A stretch of DNA of 64,000 nucleotides from Octopus sinensis (lineage: Eukaryota), in the NCBI RefSeq assembly GCF_006345805.1, contig NC_043010.1, positions 25,730,001 to 25,794,000 on the forward strand, read 5' to 3'. Below the pieces are notes generated by a model. It searched no databases. It worked only from the letters and a program-made list of their open reading frames with translations, and was not told the origin of the DNA. Below are positions 13,770-28,478 of the stretch, in pieces. The position numbers and the translations under genes are program-made. Each line of letters opens with the position of its first letter. Position 1 is the first letter of the stretch.

Positions 13770-14255
13770 TTATGATTATTGTTATTACATGCTTCTTTAC
13801 TTAGCAAGGATGTGTCTTGAGATTTTGCAGCAACAAGTTTCCTCAAATTTTGAAAATCTTTCTTAGGATCCTTACAGAATAGAGAATGACACTTTTCTTC
13901 AGGTTGACAATGCAAGTGCTAATCCAAATATTCTCTTATGTAACAATATAGGTGTTGTGCCAAGTGCACCAACAGCCACCGGAACAATTATTACTTCTGT
14001 CTTCCATATTCTCTCTGGTTTGGTCCTGATGTCTCTCAGTTTTCTCTTTCTTTGGTATCCACTCTGTTACAATATGGTATTACAAAGTCTATGATCTTAA
14101 ACTTTTTCCTTTCATTTTTGCCCTCTGCAATCACATCTGATCTCATTACTTTAATTCTATGGTCAGTCTTTATGGAGAAAGCCCATAGCCTGTAATTATT
14201 ATTCCCCATCACAGCCTCATTATTATTGTTGTTGTTGTTGTTGTTGTTATTATTC
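13770..14255 (-). mobile_element. Degraded Dong/R4-clade non-LTR retrotransposon 3' end (restriction-like endonuclease)
   Basis: Minus strand reads LWAFSIKTDHRIKVMRSDVI...KIIDFVIPYCNRVDTKEREK...IWKTEVIIVPVAVGALGTTP, matching the RLE C-terminus pattern; the 5' junction is in (AAT/AAC)n. Confidence 0.7.
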
Positions 14256-16040
14256 ACCACCGAGTTAGTCAGATGATTTTTTTTTGAGTCAATCACTAGG
14301 TGACAGGTCATGACTGGTTCTACTAATGAATCAGCTTTGTCTCTGTCTTTACTCAGATGTAGTTTTTAGATTTGGCAAAGTTCCCAGAAAAACAATAAAA
14401 AAAAAGAAAGAAGAAAAAAGGAATTAATAAATAACTGACCAGAATTTCATAAAACCTGGCTGTTTTATTAGATCATTTTACTCCGAGATCTAATCCAAGA
14501 GAGGTCAAATTGAAAACTAACATATGTCTGTTTTATGAAGCAAAGTGGGGTCCCACTTCCTGTCCAAACAACAGCTGAAAAAAAACCCCATTTCATGAGA
14601 AACTCTCTGCATTGAGCAGGGTTAGATTCGTGGGGATGGCTGCTGTATTTTCAAGACTTTGCAATCAGCCAAAACACGATAAAATAATTAAACATACTTC
14701 CACTGGTACATATATGTGCCAGTGCTTGGGCAGCAAGATACAAAAGTAAGGATCAAGCACATTAATAACAATGTTGATTTGTGGTTTGACACCAACTTTG
14801 TATTGCTGCATGGGCAAATGGTTGGTGCAAGGTTGATGAGAGGCAAACAAAGCTGAGAGGGGTCAGGATAGACCTCCAAAGTCATAAAGAACCCTGAAAG
14901 TCACAAGGCTTTCATTATACTTTATCATCATCATCATCAATCATCGTTTAACATCTGTTTTCTATGCTGGCATGGATTGGACAATTTGACAGGAGCTGGC
15001 CAGCTAGGGACCTCTTCAGACTCCAATTGTCTCTTGTGGCATGGTTACTACAGCTGGATGCCCTTCCTAATACCAAACACTTTAAAAAGTGTATTGGGTG
15101 CTTTATGCATGCTACCAGTTTTGTTTTATTTAATTCTATATAATTATTATTTGTGGGTTTTTTAAAATTTTTAATTTGTCTCTGCTTCAGTTGTAAAACC
15201 TCTTTCATACCATCTTTATATAAATTGTCTAACCCATTCACATATATTTGTAAGTCCCTTGTTCAATGCAGATTACATTGTATTGTCTCTCTTTGAACAC
15301 TCTGTAGCTAATAAAAGAAAGATTATTGACAACAGGGTAGAATTTTTGAAGCATCAGATAAAATACCTGGTGATATTTAGCTACAGCCCTTTGAGTTCAA
15401 ATCCTGCTAGGGTCGTCACCTTTGCCTTTCCTTCTTCAAGGGTCATTTAAATAAAGTAACAGATTGAGGTAATTGACTAATCCTCTCTCCTTGGAATTTC
15501 TGGCCTTAAACTAGAAACAGAGTGGAGAAGAAAGTGCCCTTCCCCTGGGAATTTATCAAAAGGTGGGGGTAGGTGACAGTGACAAAAATGGTTAGAGTGA
15601 ATATAATTACTCTAAACACGCACCTTGTGCATCCAGGATATATGGGGTGTCTCGATTGCCCCTTGTTGAAAGCCCTCATGTATTAGAAGGACCACATCAT
15701 CCATGTGTTTACATATTTTGTATCATGCATCTTTTGAAGTGGTTGAACAATCAATCCCAATCAATTGCGATTCACTGAATGAGTTGTACTGTTCATTCTT
15801 TTGATTACTGAACACAAAACGTGGCCCGTGAGGCCTCCATTGGATTGATCTTCCTGTGTCGCCATCTCACCCTCATTCACTAGTCCATCAAAAAGCTTCC
15901 CCATTAACAGCTGAATGAACTGGACCAATTTGAAATGAAGTGTTCTGCTCAAGGACACGATGCACCGCCAGCCTGGGAATGGAAACCATGCTCTTGCAAT
16001 CATGAGTGTAACACCCTAACCTTTTGGGCTCATATCATAT

Positions 16041-16082
<42 letters not shown>

Positions 16083-16111
16083 ATAATCATCATCATCATC
16101 ATCATTATTAT

Positions 16112-16542
16112 TAAGCAGGTAAGCTAGCAGAATGTTTGGCAGTATTTCTTCTGATTCTTTACATTCTGAGTTCAGATTCCACCGAGGTGGACTTTGCTCT
16201 TCATCCTTTTGGGGTCGATGATAAAATAGTGCAAGTGCTGGGGATCAATGTGATCAACTAACCCCTTCCCCAAAATTTCAGGCCTTGTGCCTATAGTAGA
16301 AAGAATTATTATTATTATTTTTATGAAGGCGGTGGGCTGGCAGAATCGTTAGCATGCCAGGTGAAATGCTTAGTGGTATTTTGTCTGTCTTTACGTTCTG
16401 AGTTCAAATTCCGCCGAGGGCAACTTTGCATTTCATCCTTTCAGGGTTGATAAATTAAGTACCAGTTGTGTACTGGGATCAATCTAATCGACTGCCCCCC
16501 CCCCATCCCCAAATTTCAGGCTTTGTGCCTATAGTAGAAAGG

Positions 16543-16599
<57 letters not shown>

Positions 16600-16600
16600 G
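16112..16600 (+). mobile_element. Two head-to-tail family B SINEs joined by (TAT)n
   Basis: Repeated head at about 16115 and 16326; each ends '...gtagaaag(g/a)attattatt'. Confidence 0.75.
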
Positions 16601-19231
16601 GAATGGTTAGAGTTGAGTGTGATTCTTTCAAATCTAAGACATATTTCACTCTTCTAGGCTCAATGAAATAATCACCTGTGAGAACTTGTATGATGCCTGG
16701 GGTTAAAATAGGTCACCACTGAACAAACTGCACTGGTGGCAGCAGGGGTGGTGGTGATGGTGGTAGTTTCTTTTTAGTAGGGTCATGGTGTTTATGTGTT
16801 TGTTTTTTTTTGTTTTTTGTTAAGGGAGGAGCTTATAATTGGACTGAGATCTGTTCTCATACACTATTGATACTTATTTTATTGATTGCATTTGGCTGAG
16901 AGACAAAGTGCACCCCAGCAAGATTTTTAATTCAAAGCAGTGAGGTACTGAAATAGATCAACCATAGAGCAATAAAGCATCCCGTCCAGCTGTCTCCCCT
17001 TTGTGTGTTCAATTATTGTGGCTGATACTCTGGGGAAAAAGCACTGTAACTGCTGCTTTTTTCCCATCCTCCTTATTCAAATGCTTTGTGCCTACATAAC
17101 AATACATACCTACATACATACATATATATATGTATGTATATACACACACACACACATATTTTTTATATAATAGTTTCTTTTGACTGAGCACAACTACCAG
17201 TTTTTTTTTTGTGAGTGAAAGGAGTATCATTGATGATGGAATTGTTGACACCCACCACCACCAGCACCTCCAACAACTACAACAATGAACAACCAACACC
17301 CATCCATCCACTCCCCAAGGGATAAAATGCAAATCGCCTTCTCTCACCCCACTCCCCATCCTCTGCCGCCTTCCTCTGGGATTTGAACAGAAATGCGAGA
17401 TAGCAAACTAAATGCACTAAACTATAAAACATCTCATCACTTACCCATCTGTGCCAACTCATCAGCTCCAATGTTAAATAATAATAATAATAATAATAAC
17501 AACAGCAATTATAATGATAATAATAATAGTAATAAGTAACAATTATATTGGTGTTAATGATGATGATGATAATTTATTAAGTTACCACAGAGAGCACCAA
17601 AAAAGCAAAATGACATTAGAAAACAAATACATCATTAGTATATTATATGCGACAAGCCATTGTATGAATGGTGTTAATAAATTTTATTCCTAAAAGCAAG
17701 GAAACAAAATAGGTATTGTAAGTGTTTAAGAAAGGTTCGGTTAACTGAGTTTCCTTCAACCCAAACAACCATCTTTTCACCCACATTATGCTTATTTACC
17801 CATATGATGTTTTGCCATTTTCACCAAGCATTCATAAAATATAGCCTAAGGGCAAGAAGACTTCTCTCACTGCCCACAGCTTCTTACGTAAGTGATACTT
17901 GAAATGATGATGTGGGATTCATTGGCAAGGAAAAGTTAGGGCTTCAAGCTTCATGTTCATACCTCATTCACATCAGCAGCCTCCAAGCAAAGAAAAGCTG
18001 TCTTATTGTCATTGTCAATAGAAAACAGTAGATCCTCTATGGGTTTATTCAACAGCCTGATACAAACCCATATGCTGTTGACTGTTGGCTAATAGAAAAA
18101 TACAAGGAGGAAGATTGCCCCTGAGGCATTCTTTCACAGCTTCTCTTGAAATGGCAGCTTGTTCTGGAGCACTGCCATGCCTAAGACGTTTTAAAAGTTT
18201 CCATATTCTCCAGTGTATAATATTCCAGTTCAAGTTGTGAATATCTCACTCAATACTTAGTGCTTTCTTCAAACATCTTCTCTTTTATAGTCTGCTGTCT
18301 ATAAGCTCGCTGTTAGTCCTCTATAGAATGTACTTTATAGAATATCAAGATGTTTTACGGAACATCTTGTTCAACCAAGAATAAAGTAGTAAGCACCTCT
18401 AAATATCTGTTCTTGGCCCACATTCAACTCAAGGGTAGAGTTCCTTTAACATAATCAAATGTACAAAAGCAAGCATCTTTCAGTACACACACACACTCTT
18501 TTTGTGATTTATTTTGTAGAAACTGGCAGACTATAATTTTTCAAAGAAAATATACTTTATGCTATTTGTTCCACCTAAGTTTCATAGGTGCTCCCTTGTG
18601 GCTTTTGCCATTATAAATTCAGTGGTCCAGTGATTGGCCTGATATTAACAGAATGCATTATATATTTGATAGAAAGTAAATAAATGTCATGCAATAGAGA
18701 TCTTCACATATTTATGTGTACAAAGAGCCACTCACATGAGCACTAACATATTCACATGATCACATGACATGTCGGATATTTAGGCGCTCATTTGTGTATG
18801 TGTGTGAGAGACAGCATCATTCATCATTATCTTTTATCTTTTACTTGTTTTGGTCATTAGACTGTGACCATGCTATGGCACCATCTTGAATGATTTAATT
18901 GAACAAATCAAACCCAGTGTTCACTTTTTATGTCTGCTAGTTATTCTATCAGTCTCTTTTGCTGAACTGCTAATTTAGAGGGACATAAGCAAACCAACAC
19001 TGGTTGTCAAGTAGAGCAGCAGGACAAAAACACACACGTGTGTGTGTGTGTCATGAGCTTCTACTACAATTTCTGTCAACCAAATTCATTCACAAGTCAT
19101 TGGTCAGCCTGTGGCTATAGTACAAGATATTTGCCAAATGTGAGACTGAACCTGAAGTCATATGCTTGCAAAGCAAGCTTCTTAACCACTCAGCCATCCC
19201 TTCATTTTTATGTATATTGAAGAATAAATAT

Positions 19232-19416
19232 ATAGGCACAGGAGTGGCTGTGTGGTAAGAAGCTTGCTTTCCAACCACATGGTTCCAGGTTCAGTTCCAC
19301 TGCATGGTACCTTGGGCAAGTGTTTTCTACTACAGCCTCAAGCTGACCAAAGCTTTGTGAGTGGATTTGGCAGACGGAAACTGAAAGAAGCCAGTTGTAT
19401 GTATGTATATATATAT

Positions 19417-19478
<62 letters not shown>

Positions 19479-19700
19479 TGTGTGTGTGTATGTATATATT
19501 TGTGTGTCTGTATTTGCCCACCACCACCACCACCATCAATTGACAACCGATGCTGGTGTGTTTATGTCCCCATAACTTAGTGGCTTGGTAAAAGAGACTG
19601 ATAAAAGTACTAGGCTTCCTAAGAATAAGTCTTGGGGTTGATTTGTTCGATTAAAGTGGTGCATGGCTGCTGTCAAATGACTGAAACAAATAAAAGAAAA
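19232..19700 (+). mobile_element. Family A SINE, full length with internal (TA)/(TG) tract
   Basis: Collinear with 34091-34495. Confidence 0.8.
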
Positions 19701-19989
19701 TTATATATATATATATATATTATATATATATATATATATATACAGTCCTTGAAAAATCCAACTGATAATTATTTGGGAAAAAAATAGATTTAAGATTTTG
19801 ATTCCTAATAATTTGTGGAGTTAATAGATTCTACACTTCAAAATATGAAAGGAGTGGTCTCAGCTGATTGAATTGATCTAAGTATATGTCTGGTACTATC
19901 TATCCTGAGGCAGCAAAGAATGAAATTAACCTTGGGGTAGGTTTTAATCTCAGACATAAGATTGAAGTTAAGTACTACAAGGCTTTTAA

Positions 19990-20474
19990 CCCTTTCAATA
20001 CCAACCCGGCTGAAACTCTGGTTTTGTAGTACAAATGTCTTGTTTTCCAAAGTCCTGAATTAGAATCTTCCACCAAACCTTAGTCACAATTTATGTTCCT
20101 AACACTAGCTTAATGATAACTAAGTTTCGTTTTTGGATTTGGTTTGCAAGATTCTTTATATGAGTTCGTGTGTTGAAGCATATCCTGTTTTGTCTGAGGA
20201 GAGTCATTTTCTTTTTGTGCCTTATAATGTAACACACTCACTGGTAAAATTTCTATAGACTATTGAAAAGGTTTCAAGATACAATGAAAATTTTAGGAAA
20301 ATAAAAATAAGAAATAAGTGGAAATTTTACTGGTGAGTGTGTTACATTATAAGGCACAAAAAGAAAATGACTCTCCTCAGACACAACTAAGTTATTTTAC
20401 TAAATTCTTTGTTATATTTAAAATTAATTGAAAGAAATACAAAGCATCTCGAAATAAATACCGTAATGATAGGG
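19990..20474. mobile_element. piggyBac-type MITE interrupted by a 258-bp insertion
   Basis: TTAA|CCCTTTCAATAC ... GTAATGATAGGG|ATAA (TIR 10/12; right TSD degenerate). Confidence 0.6.
20127..20384. mobile_element. 258-bp insertion with 9-bp TSD (AACTAAGTT) and 63-bp internal inverted duplication
   Basis: TSD at 20118-20126 and 20385-20393; arms 20191-20253 and 20321-20383 differ at 2 positions. Confidence 0.75.
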
Positions 20475-21098
20475 ATAATCTATTATGTATGCTATAAGAA
20501 ATAACAGATAAAATCTGGGCTCACGATCAGTTGTAAAAGCTAATGACCACACTAAGTTTCTTACATTGTTTGATAACCTGACCACATACACACTGTGGAG
20601 TGAGGCATCTGGAATCTAATTCCAAACAAATACCAGTTTCTAGCCCTGCACCTAGTTTGAATCTTTTTATATATTTATGCAGTTGAACAGGTCAAACAAT
20701 GCCGGCTTCTCTAGTCTGGAATAAATCCAGCATTTTGCTGCCTGGGAACTGACCTATTTTCTCAAACTTCCCCTGGTCTCTCCACATGAGACATTCAATA
20801 TCTCTACAACCACCTGTAGCCTGACTATTGTCATCCCAACCAACCAACCGACCGACCAACCACCACCATGCCAACTCTTCCTCCTCCTCCTCTTTGTTCC
20901 TCCCACTCTCACTCTTCTCTGGAAGGCCCACTTTTAGCACCATCTGGAGGTTCTCCAGGTCTTTGTTCTACACACTTAAATTGATAGATTCCTGTCTTTC
21001 TATTGTTATATCTTGTCTTGTCACAGTAGTTCATGGAAGGAATATTTACTTTATGATTACATCCACTCTCTGGTTCACCACCACCACCACCACCACCT

Positions 21099-21145
<47 letters not shown>

Positions 21146-21398
21146 CCTCTTTCTGTTCTCCTTCTTGTTTTTTTGGGGAGAAGGGTTTACATTTTCTTTT
21201 GCTTAATGGGTTTTTTTTTGTTGCTTTTTCCTTTTATTTTCTCACTCCTAACTCATTGACACTCTCTTTCTCTCTTTCTCTCTCTTGGTCTCTGCTCCCT
21301 CTCTCTCCTTTCCTTAATTCTTGGCACACATGCACATTCAGACATCTAGACTCATATGCAGATAGACACAGAGACGCATACACACATACATGTAGACA

Positions 21399-21440
<42 letters not shown>

Positions 21441-21573
21441 AATGCACACATGCACATTTGTGAAAGATAACAAAATAAAAACAAAAAATTTCACCACCAC
21501 CACTCCCTCTCTCTCCCTCTTTCTCTGTTCCTTAATTTTTTTTTGACACAGTGACACATGCACACATGTAAAA

Positions 21574-21605
<32 letters not shown>

Positions 21606-22256
21606 CAAGACATAAACACTGAGATACAAACACATACACATACACAAACCTTAACACATGCACACACATTGACATTCATTTTCACATATGTAGATATACA
21701 TATATACATACACACACCTAAACACTCACACACACACAAATACACACACACACACACACACACATAGACATGTAGATATACATATACAGATGCATGTTTG
21801 TGAAAGATGAGAGAAAAAACCAAAAACAACAACAACGACACATGAAATACTGGAATAACAAAGTAACAATCCTTATCCTAGAGCTGTAAAAGCCTTAATT
21901 AACGTTTCCAACATATTCTGCATAGATAAGTATGTTGCTCTGAGTTAAAACACACACACCACACAACAAACACACACACCGTATATACACTCGCACAGCT
22001 TCCTCTCCTCTTACCCACCACCAAAGAAAAAAATAAAAAACAAAAAACAAAAAAAAATAACTGAAACAATAATTTGCTAAGAAATTTTAATGGCATTTGT
22101 AGCTGAAGGTTTCATTATAGTTAATCTGTTTGATATTGATTAACGAGATGGAATCCAAAAATGCTATAATATTCTCATCCCACACCAACATTTACTCAAA
22201 AAAATCATCAACAACAACGAAAAAACTGGTTGTCTCATTTATTATTATTATTATTA

Positions 22257-22287
<31 letters not shown>

Positions 22288-23296
22288 TGCAACAATATTT
22301 TGGGTTTTTGTTGTTGTTTTTTCTCAGGCAAGGTAGAAGTGATAAATTTATAAAATAAAATGGCTCTGATGCCAAAATTGTTTTGATAAGTAGATACATT
22401 ACCTCTAAGCAAAAATCACCCTTTTGTGTCTGCCTTCTCCTATTTCTCTTATTTTACTTTAAGACACAATTCCACATCTAACATAATATACTTTTCTGCT
22501 AATATTAATTTGGCAATAGCTGTCAATAAGTTGTGATATGGAGAGAAGAGAAGAAGGGAAGCAAGAAGAAAAGAATAGAAAAGAAAAGAAAATGGCAATC
22601 TGCTTCTTAGAATAAATATTTATTCCTTCGTTGATATCCATTCTTAATCAAGGACATACTCAGTTGTTATTGCTGTTGTTATTTTAGTGGTTGTTGGCTC
22701 TCTAATCACTAATGTTAGATGTTCCTCTTATGCCTTGGGTCAGGTTGGAGGGTTCGACTTGGAGATTTCAGACCCCAGTGAGTGAGTCTCTCCCACCCTT
22801 CCCCTCCCCCTCTCTCAATTACTCTCTCTCTCTCCTTCATCGTTTGGTCCGATGAGAAAAAAGCAGTGTCTATGATTTTTTTTCTATAAGGTCTTAGAGA
22901 TTAACTCTTTATTGTGGCCAGCCAAACTTCTATAATAATGTCTGGCCAAATCAAATCTCCACCCCTCCCATCACACCTCGCACCTGGCATTTCAACATGT
23001 TAACTGCTACATTGGTACCATCTGTGGTTCACTGCAAACACTACACAACTGCCACATACACTACCAATGCTACATTTCCGTAACCTTTTACCATTTTACC
23101 TTTTATGTATTTCAGTCATCAGACTGCGGCCATGCTGGGGCATTGCCTTGAAGAATTTATAGTCAAATGTATCGACCCCAGTGCTTTTTTTTTTGCTGAA
23201 CCGCCAAGTTATGGGGACATAAACACACTAACAGCAGTTGTCAAGCAGTGGAGTTGGGGACAAACGCATACACACATACATAGATATATACATATA

Positions 23297-23545
23297 CTAG
23301 CAGTATCGCCCGGTGTTGCTCAGTTTTGTTTCTACCCTTTAGAATTGGAATTTTTGAAAAGTATAAATTTTGCATTATGTAGTTTGTTATTCTCTTTCAG
23401 TGAACATTTTTCTGGTTGAAATACACCAAAAAAATCGTAAAAAATAGGGATTTTTATAGAAAAAAAGCATCTTTTTGATGTAAATCATTTTTGGTCTTAA
23501 CATGGTCCGATTTGAATTTTATCTTCTACAGAAGGAAGAGCAATC
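23297..23545 (-). mobile_element. Helitron 3'-terminal fragment
   Basis: Reverse complement ends ...CTGAGCAACACCGGGCGATACTGCTAG|T, the same terminus as the Helitron at 55061-55577. The 5' limit is uncertain. Confidence 0.65.
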
Positions 23546-23671
23546 ACCAATAACTTCCATTAACAGGTCATGGCTGTTAATGTGTTTTAAAAACAAATTT
23601 ATGGCAACACTGGATAAGATAGTCATAAATATACTAAGTGTAAATAAAAGACAGAATTGCCTTTTACTATT

Positions 23672-23910
23672 TAGGGCGGCGAGGAGCTGGCAGAAACGTT
23701 AGCACGCCAGGCGAAATGCTCAACGGTATTTCATCTGCCACTACATTCTGAGTTCAAATTCCGCCAAGGTCGACTTTGCCTTTCATCCTTTCAGGGTCAA
23801 CAAATTAAGTACCAGTTACGCACTGAGGTCGATGTAATCAACTTAATCCTTTTGTCTGTCCTTGTTTGTCCCCTCTGTGTTTAGCCCCTTGTGGGCAATA
23901 AAGAAATAAA
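23672..23910 (+). mobile_element. Family B SINE (subfamily ending ...agccccttgtgggcaataaagaaata)
   Basis: Near-identical structure at 44100-44335. Confidence 0.8.
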
Positions 23911-24229
23911 AGACAGAATTGTCACAGCCTTGATGCAACCTTCATCATGTGTTTGCTGGATCCAATACCATAACAAAGAGTGCATCCTTCAAAAATTCCA
24001 CAATTTCTGAAATTTGCCAACACTGTTTCCCACATGCTTATATACTCTTTCTTCCTCTTTATGGCTCTTTTACTGTTCGTTTTTCTGTCTTTTTGTGTTT
24101 TTTCCTGCATACTGTGTGTGCACTTTTGGCTACCTTCACAGTCTTCCCTCAGTTGACTCGTTGCTGCTTTTCTGCCCCACTTTTACCCTTTTCACATGAG
24201 TTGTAGTGCTCTTCAGCACTATAGACAAT

Positions 24230-24459
24230 AAAGGTGGCATGCTGGCAGAATCGTTAGCACACAGGACAAAATGTTTAGCTGTATTTCTTCTGGCTTTATG
24301 CTCTAAGTTCAAATTCTGCCATGGTTGTCATTGCTTTTCATCCTTTCAGGGTCGATAAATCAAAGTACCAGTGAAACACTGGGGGTCAATGTAATGGCCA
24401 ACCCATTCCCTCAAACTTCATGCCATATGTCTACAGTAGAAAGAATTATTATTTGTTTT

Positions 24460-24497
<38 letters not shown>

Positions 24498-24690
24498 GGC
24501 AGTGAGCTGGCAGAAACATTAGCATGCTGGGCAAAATGCTTAGCAGTAGTTCATCTGCTGCAACATTCTAAGTTCAAATTCCACTGGGTTGACTTTGCTT
24601 TTCATCCTTTTGGGGTCGATAAATTAAGTATCAGTGAATCGACTTATCCCCTCCTCCAAAATTACTGCCCTTGTGGCAAAATTTGAAACC

Positions 24691-24710
<20 letters not shown>
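24230..24710 (+). mobile_element. Two tandem family B SINEs separated by (TAT)n
   Basis: Heads at about 24232 and 24497. Confidence 0.7.
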
Positions 24711-24748
<38 letters not shown>

Positions 24749-24775
24749 TATTATTATTATTATTTATTTATTATT

Positions 24776-24985
24776 AAATGAATGAGAGAGCCACACATAC
24801 CCTCAAAGTGACACTGGGGTACAAATATACAAAGTCCAGTATACCCATTATGATTAGCCATCTGATAAAGGTACGCCAGGTACATGCATCACGACCATAC
24901 GTGTGCAACATGGTGATCTGATATCAAGATAAACAGCACATAACCTTGCAGGTGGGGTCCAGTTAGAATTTTCTTCAGGCCAAGT
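24776..24985 (-). mobile_element. Short 5'-truncated copy of a (TAA)n-tailed retroelement
   Basis: Shares its 3' end with 27948-28480; (TAT)n on both sides. Confidence 0.6.
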
Positions 24986-24997
24986 ATGATTATTTTA

Positions 24998-25049
<52 letters not shown>

Positions 25050-25800
25050 CAACTTGAGAATGTTATTGTGCCATTGCATATGAAGCTCATATCTCTCCAA
25101 ACCTCATTCATGGGAGAATTAAAACTCAGCTCCGCAAAGTAACACAAAGTAACAGCAAGGTCTGATATGTGTACAGGCAAGACACCTCAGTAGTATCTCT
25201 AATAACAGCTTGGTGAGACTAGCTGGACATAAGAGCTAAATGTCTGGCCTGTGACAGCAATACAGTGACAGTTACACATAGTGTAAGATGAATTATTAGC
25301 CAATGGGCTGTCACTTGAATGAATAGACCAGCTGGAGTCTTTCTCTTACTTTGGGGAGTCTTGGGGTGGGGCGGTGGCGGTTTGATGGATGGCACTAGTC
25401 ATTTTACCTTTACCTTTAACTTATCTCAGGCATTGGATTGTGGCCCTGCTGGAGCACCATTTTGAAGGGTTTTGATCAAGCAAATTGCTTCCAGTACTTG
25501 TTTTTTTTTGTTTTTGTTTTTAAGCCCTGTATTATTTTATTGGTCTTTTTTATACTAAACCGATTAGTTATAGGAACATAAACAAACCAACACCAGTTGT
25601 CAAGCAGTAGTAGGGAACAAACACAAAGGCATAAACGCTTACACACACACAGACACACATACATACATATATATTTACACAGACATTTATATATATATAC
25701 TTATATATATATATATATATACGCATAATATTATTTGATGAAGGAAACAGAAATGTGTGTGTGTGCGTGCATATCTGTATAATATATATATGTGTGTGTC

Positions 25801-25831
<31 letters not shown>

Positions 25832-26789
25832 TTGATGGGCTTCTTTCAGTTTTCATGTACCTAATCCACTCACAAGGCTTTGGTCAACTTGGTGCTATAG
25901 TAGAAGACATTTGCCCAAGGTGCCACACAATGGAACTGAACTTGGAACCATGTGGTTAGAGAGCAACCTGCTTACCTCATAGGCACACCTATGCCTATGT
26001 TTGTTTATTTCTTTCTGACAGCCACTTTTCCTCATTGGTCAAATTGTTATTCAAATGTTGACATTCTCATATGAATTGTTGAAGAAATTTATTTTTGGTT
26101 TAATACCCTTCCTAATACCTTTGCTTCACCTCTGAAATAAATAATGTGTGTGGAGTGGGGTGAGTGACAGGGACAGCTGTGAAAAAGAATTATTAAATAT
26201 AAACCCAGTAAATAGTGAAGATGTTGCAGATGTTAGAAAAACAAGAAAAAATATTTATATTGAAAATATTGGTTGTTTTTTTTTCAATTTTTTAGCTGTT
26301 GTTTTTTGCCATATCTGAAATACCTTGAAAATATCCAAATGAATCAATATTTTGAGATGCCGATCGATATTTTTGAATTTCTGATCTTAAAAATCTAATT
26401 TAACACATGACTTTTATGGTGTTTTCACTGCAATGAATTTTGGAATAAACATTTATTTGTGCTCCATTTTTCCACGAAACAAAACAAAACGAAGAAGAAA
26501 GAAATATCAAAGAAACGCAAAGAAAAAAAATATTCTTCACAGTCTCCAGGATCAATTACACGTTCATATTCATCTAAGATTTAACCATTATTTTGCTTTT
26601 ATGTCTTGAGTTCAAATCACATCAAGGTCAACTTTGTTATTCACCTTTCTGGGGAGGGGTTGCAAAATAGGAATCAGGTGCAAAAATACTGGAGCCAATT
26701 AAATTAGCAATCAACTGATATTTGTGATAAATGGATTAAAGAATTATATATTGTTTCATAAGATCTATGATATAGCATTACTAAGTTAC

Positions 26790-27110
26790 TGGTGAAGGTG
26801 CATGGTTCAGTTGTTAGAATGTCAGGCTCACAATCATGAAGTAGTGAGTTTAATTCCTGGACTGGGCTGCGTGTTGTGTTCTTGAGCAAGACACTTTATT
26901 TCACATTACTCCAGTTCACTCAGCTGTAGAAATGAGTTGCGACGTCACTGGTGCCAAGCTGTATTGGCCCCTTTGCCATTCCCTTGGATAATATCGGTGG
27001 CATGAGGAGGTGGGGGCTGGTATGCATTGGCGACTGCTAGTTTTCCATAAGCAACCTTGCTTGGACTTGTGCCTCAGAGGGTAACTTTCTGGGTGCAATC
27101 CCATCGTTGC
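26790..27110 (+). mobile_element. tRNA-derived SINE with V-SINE-like central segment
   Basis: 'gtgttgtgttcttgagcaagacacttt...ctccagttcactcagctgtagaaatgag'; related copies at 39748-39950 (+) and about 15800-16020 (-). Confidence 0.6.
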
Positions 27111-27873
27111 TAGGTTACTGATTATTATTATTTATGGAGGTAAACTGGCAGAATTGTTACGGCACTGGACAAAATGCTTAGCAGCATTTCTTCTAACTTT
27201 ATATTCTGATTTTAAATGCTGCCTGGGTCAACTTTGCCCTTCATCCTTTCAGGATTGATAAAATAGGTACCAGATAAGCAGTGGGCTTTGTGAAATCTAC
27301 TAGCCCCCTCCTCCAAAATTTCAGGTCTTGTGCCTTTGGTAGAAAGAATTATTATTGTCATCGTCGTCATCATCATCGTCATTGTCATTGTCATCATTAA
27401 AGTGGTGAGCTGACAGAATCATTAGCATACTGGACAAAATGCTTAGCATTATTATTATCATTATCATCATCATCATCATCATCATCATTATTATTATCAC
27501 TATCATTATTATCATTATTATTATTATTATTATTATTATCCTTTCGAGATCAATAAATTAAGTACCAGTGTAACACTGGGGGCCGATTTTCTCAACACAT
27601 TATCTTCCTCAAAATGGCTGCCCCTTGTGGAAAAATTTGAAACCATTATTCTTTTCTACTCTAGGGACATAGCCTGAAATTTTGGGGGTGAGGTCCTGTT
27701 GATTAGATCGACCTCAGTACACAACTGGTACTTGCTTTATTGAGTGCGAAAGGATGAAGGCAAAGTTGACCTTGGTGGAATTTGAACTCAGAACATAAAG
27801 ACAGACGAAATACCGCTAAGCATTTCACCCAGCGTGCTACCGTTTCTACCAGCTCACCGATTTATTTGAAACC

Positions 27874-27907
<34 letters not shown>

Positions 27908-27947
27908 TTATTTATTATTATTATTTTATTATTATTATTATTATTAT

Positions 27948-28478
27948 TGAGTGAGCGAGCAGAGCATGCCATCAAAGTGACACTGGGGTAAAATATACGA
28001 AGCCCAGGGTACACCAGGCACATGCATCACAACCATATGTGCGCGACATGGTGATCTCATATCAAGATAAACAGCACGTGACCTTGCAGGTGGAGCCCAG
28101 TTAGAATTTTCTTCAGATCGAGTAACCTATCCCGCTCAAAAGGTCCCTGAATAAGGGTTGTTTAAGGACGTTGAACGAAACACCCATGTTTTTTAGAGGT
28201 GAATTATTCAAACCCCAAAGAATCCTTCTCAACACATGGCTATGATGCTCCCCCACTACTTCTGCTCGTGATCAGAGATGCACATATCGTCAGCCACTAA
28301 GGGACATGCTCAACTGGTTAAGGTCAAACAACTGACAAGCAAATCTGTGGTATTGAGCAGAATATTTGCTGTAGCCCATCTTTTATACCAAGACAAAACA
28401 ATGTACATGATAACGCTTCCAATCAGTTAAGATCAGAAGCCATGAGAGCCACTGCCTGGTACTGCATCAGGGCATTTA

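Noticed and set aside
17760-18400. Coding-like minus-strand sequence (e.g. RYSQLELE) suggesting a decayed retroelement
   Set aside because: Stops in all frames and too little motif evidence to assign.
21882-21929. 48-nt AG...GT exon-like segment
   Set aside because: Contains TAA in the phase-1 frame required by the gene; weak pyrimidine tract.
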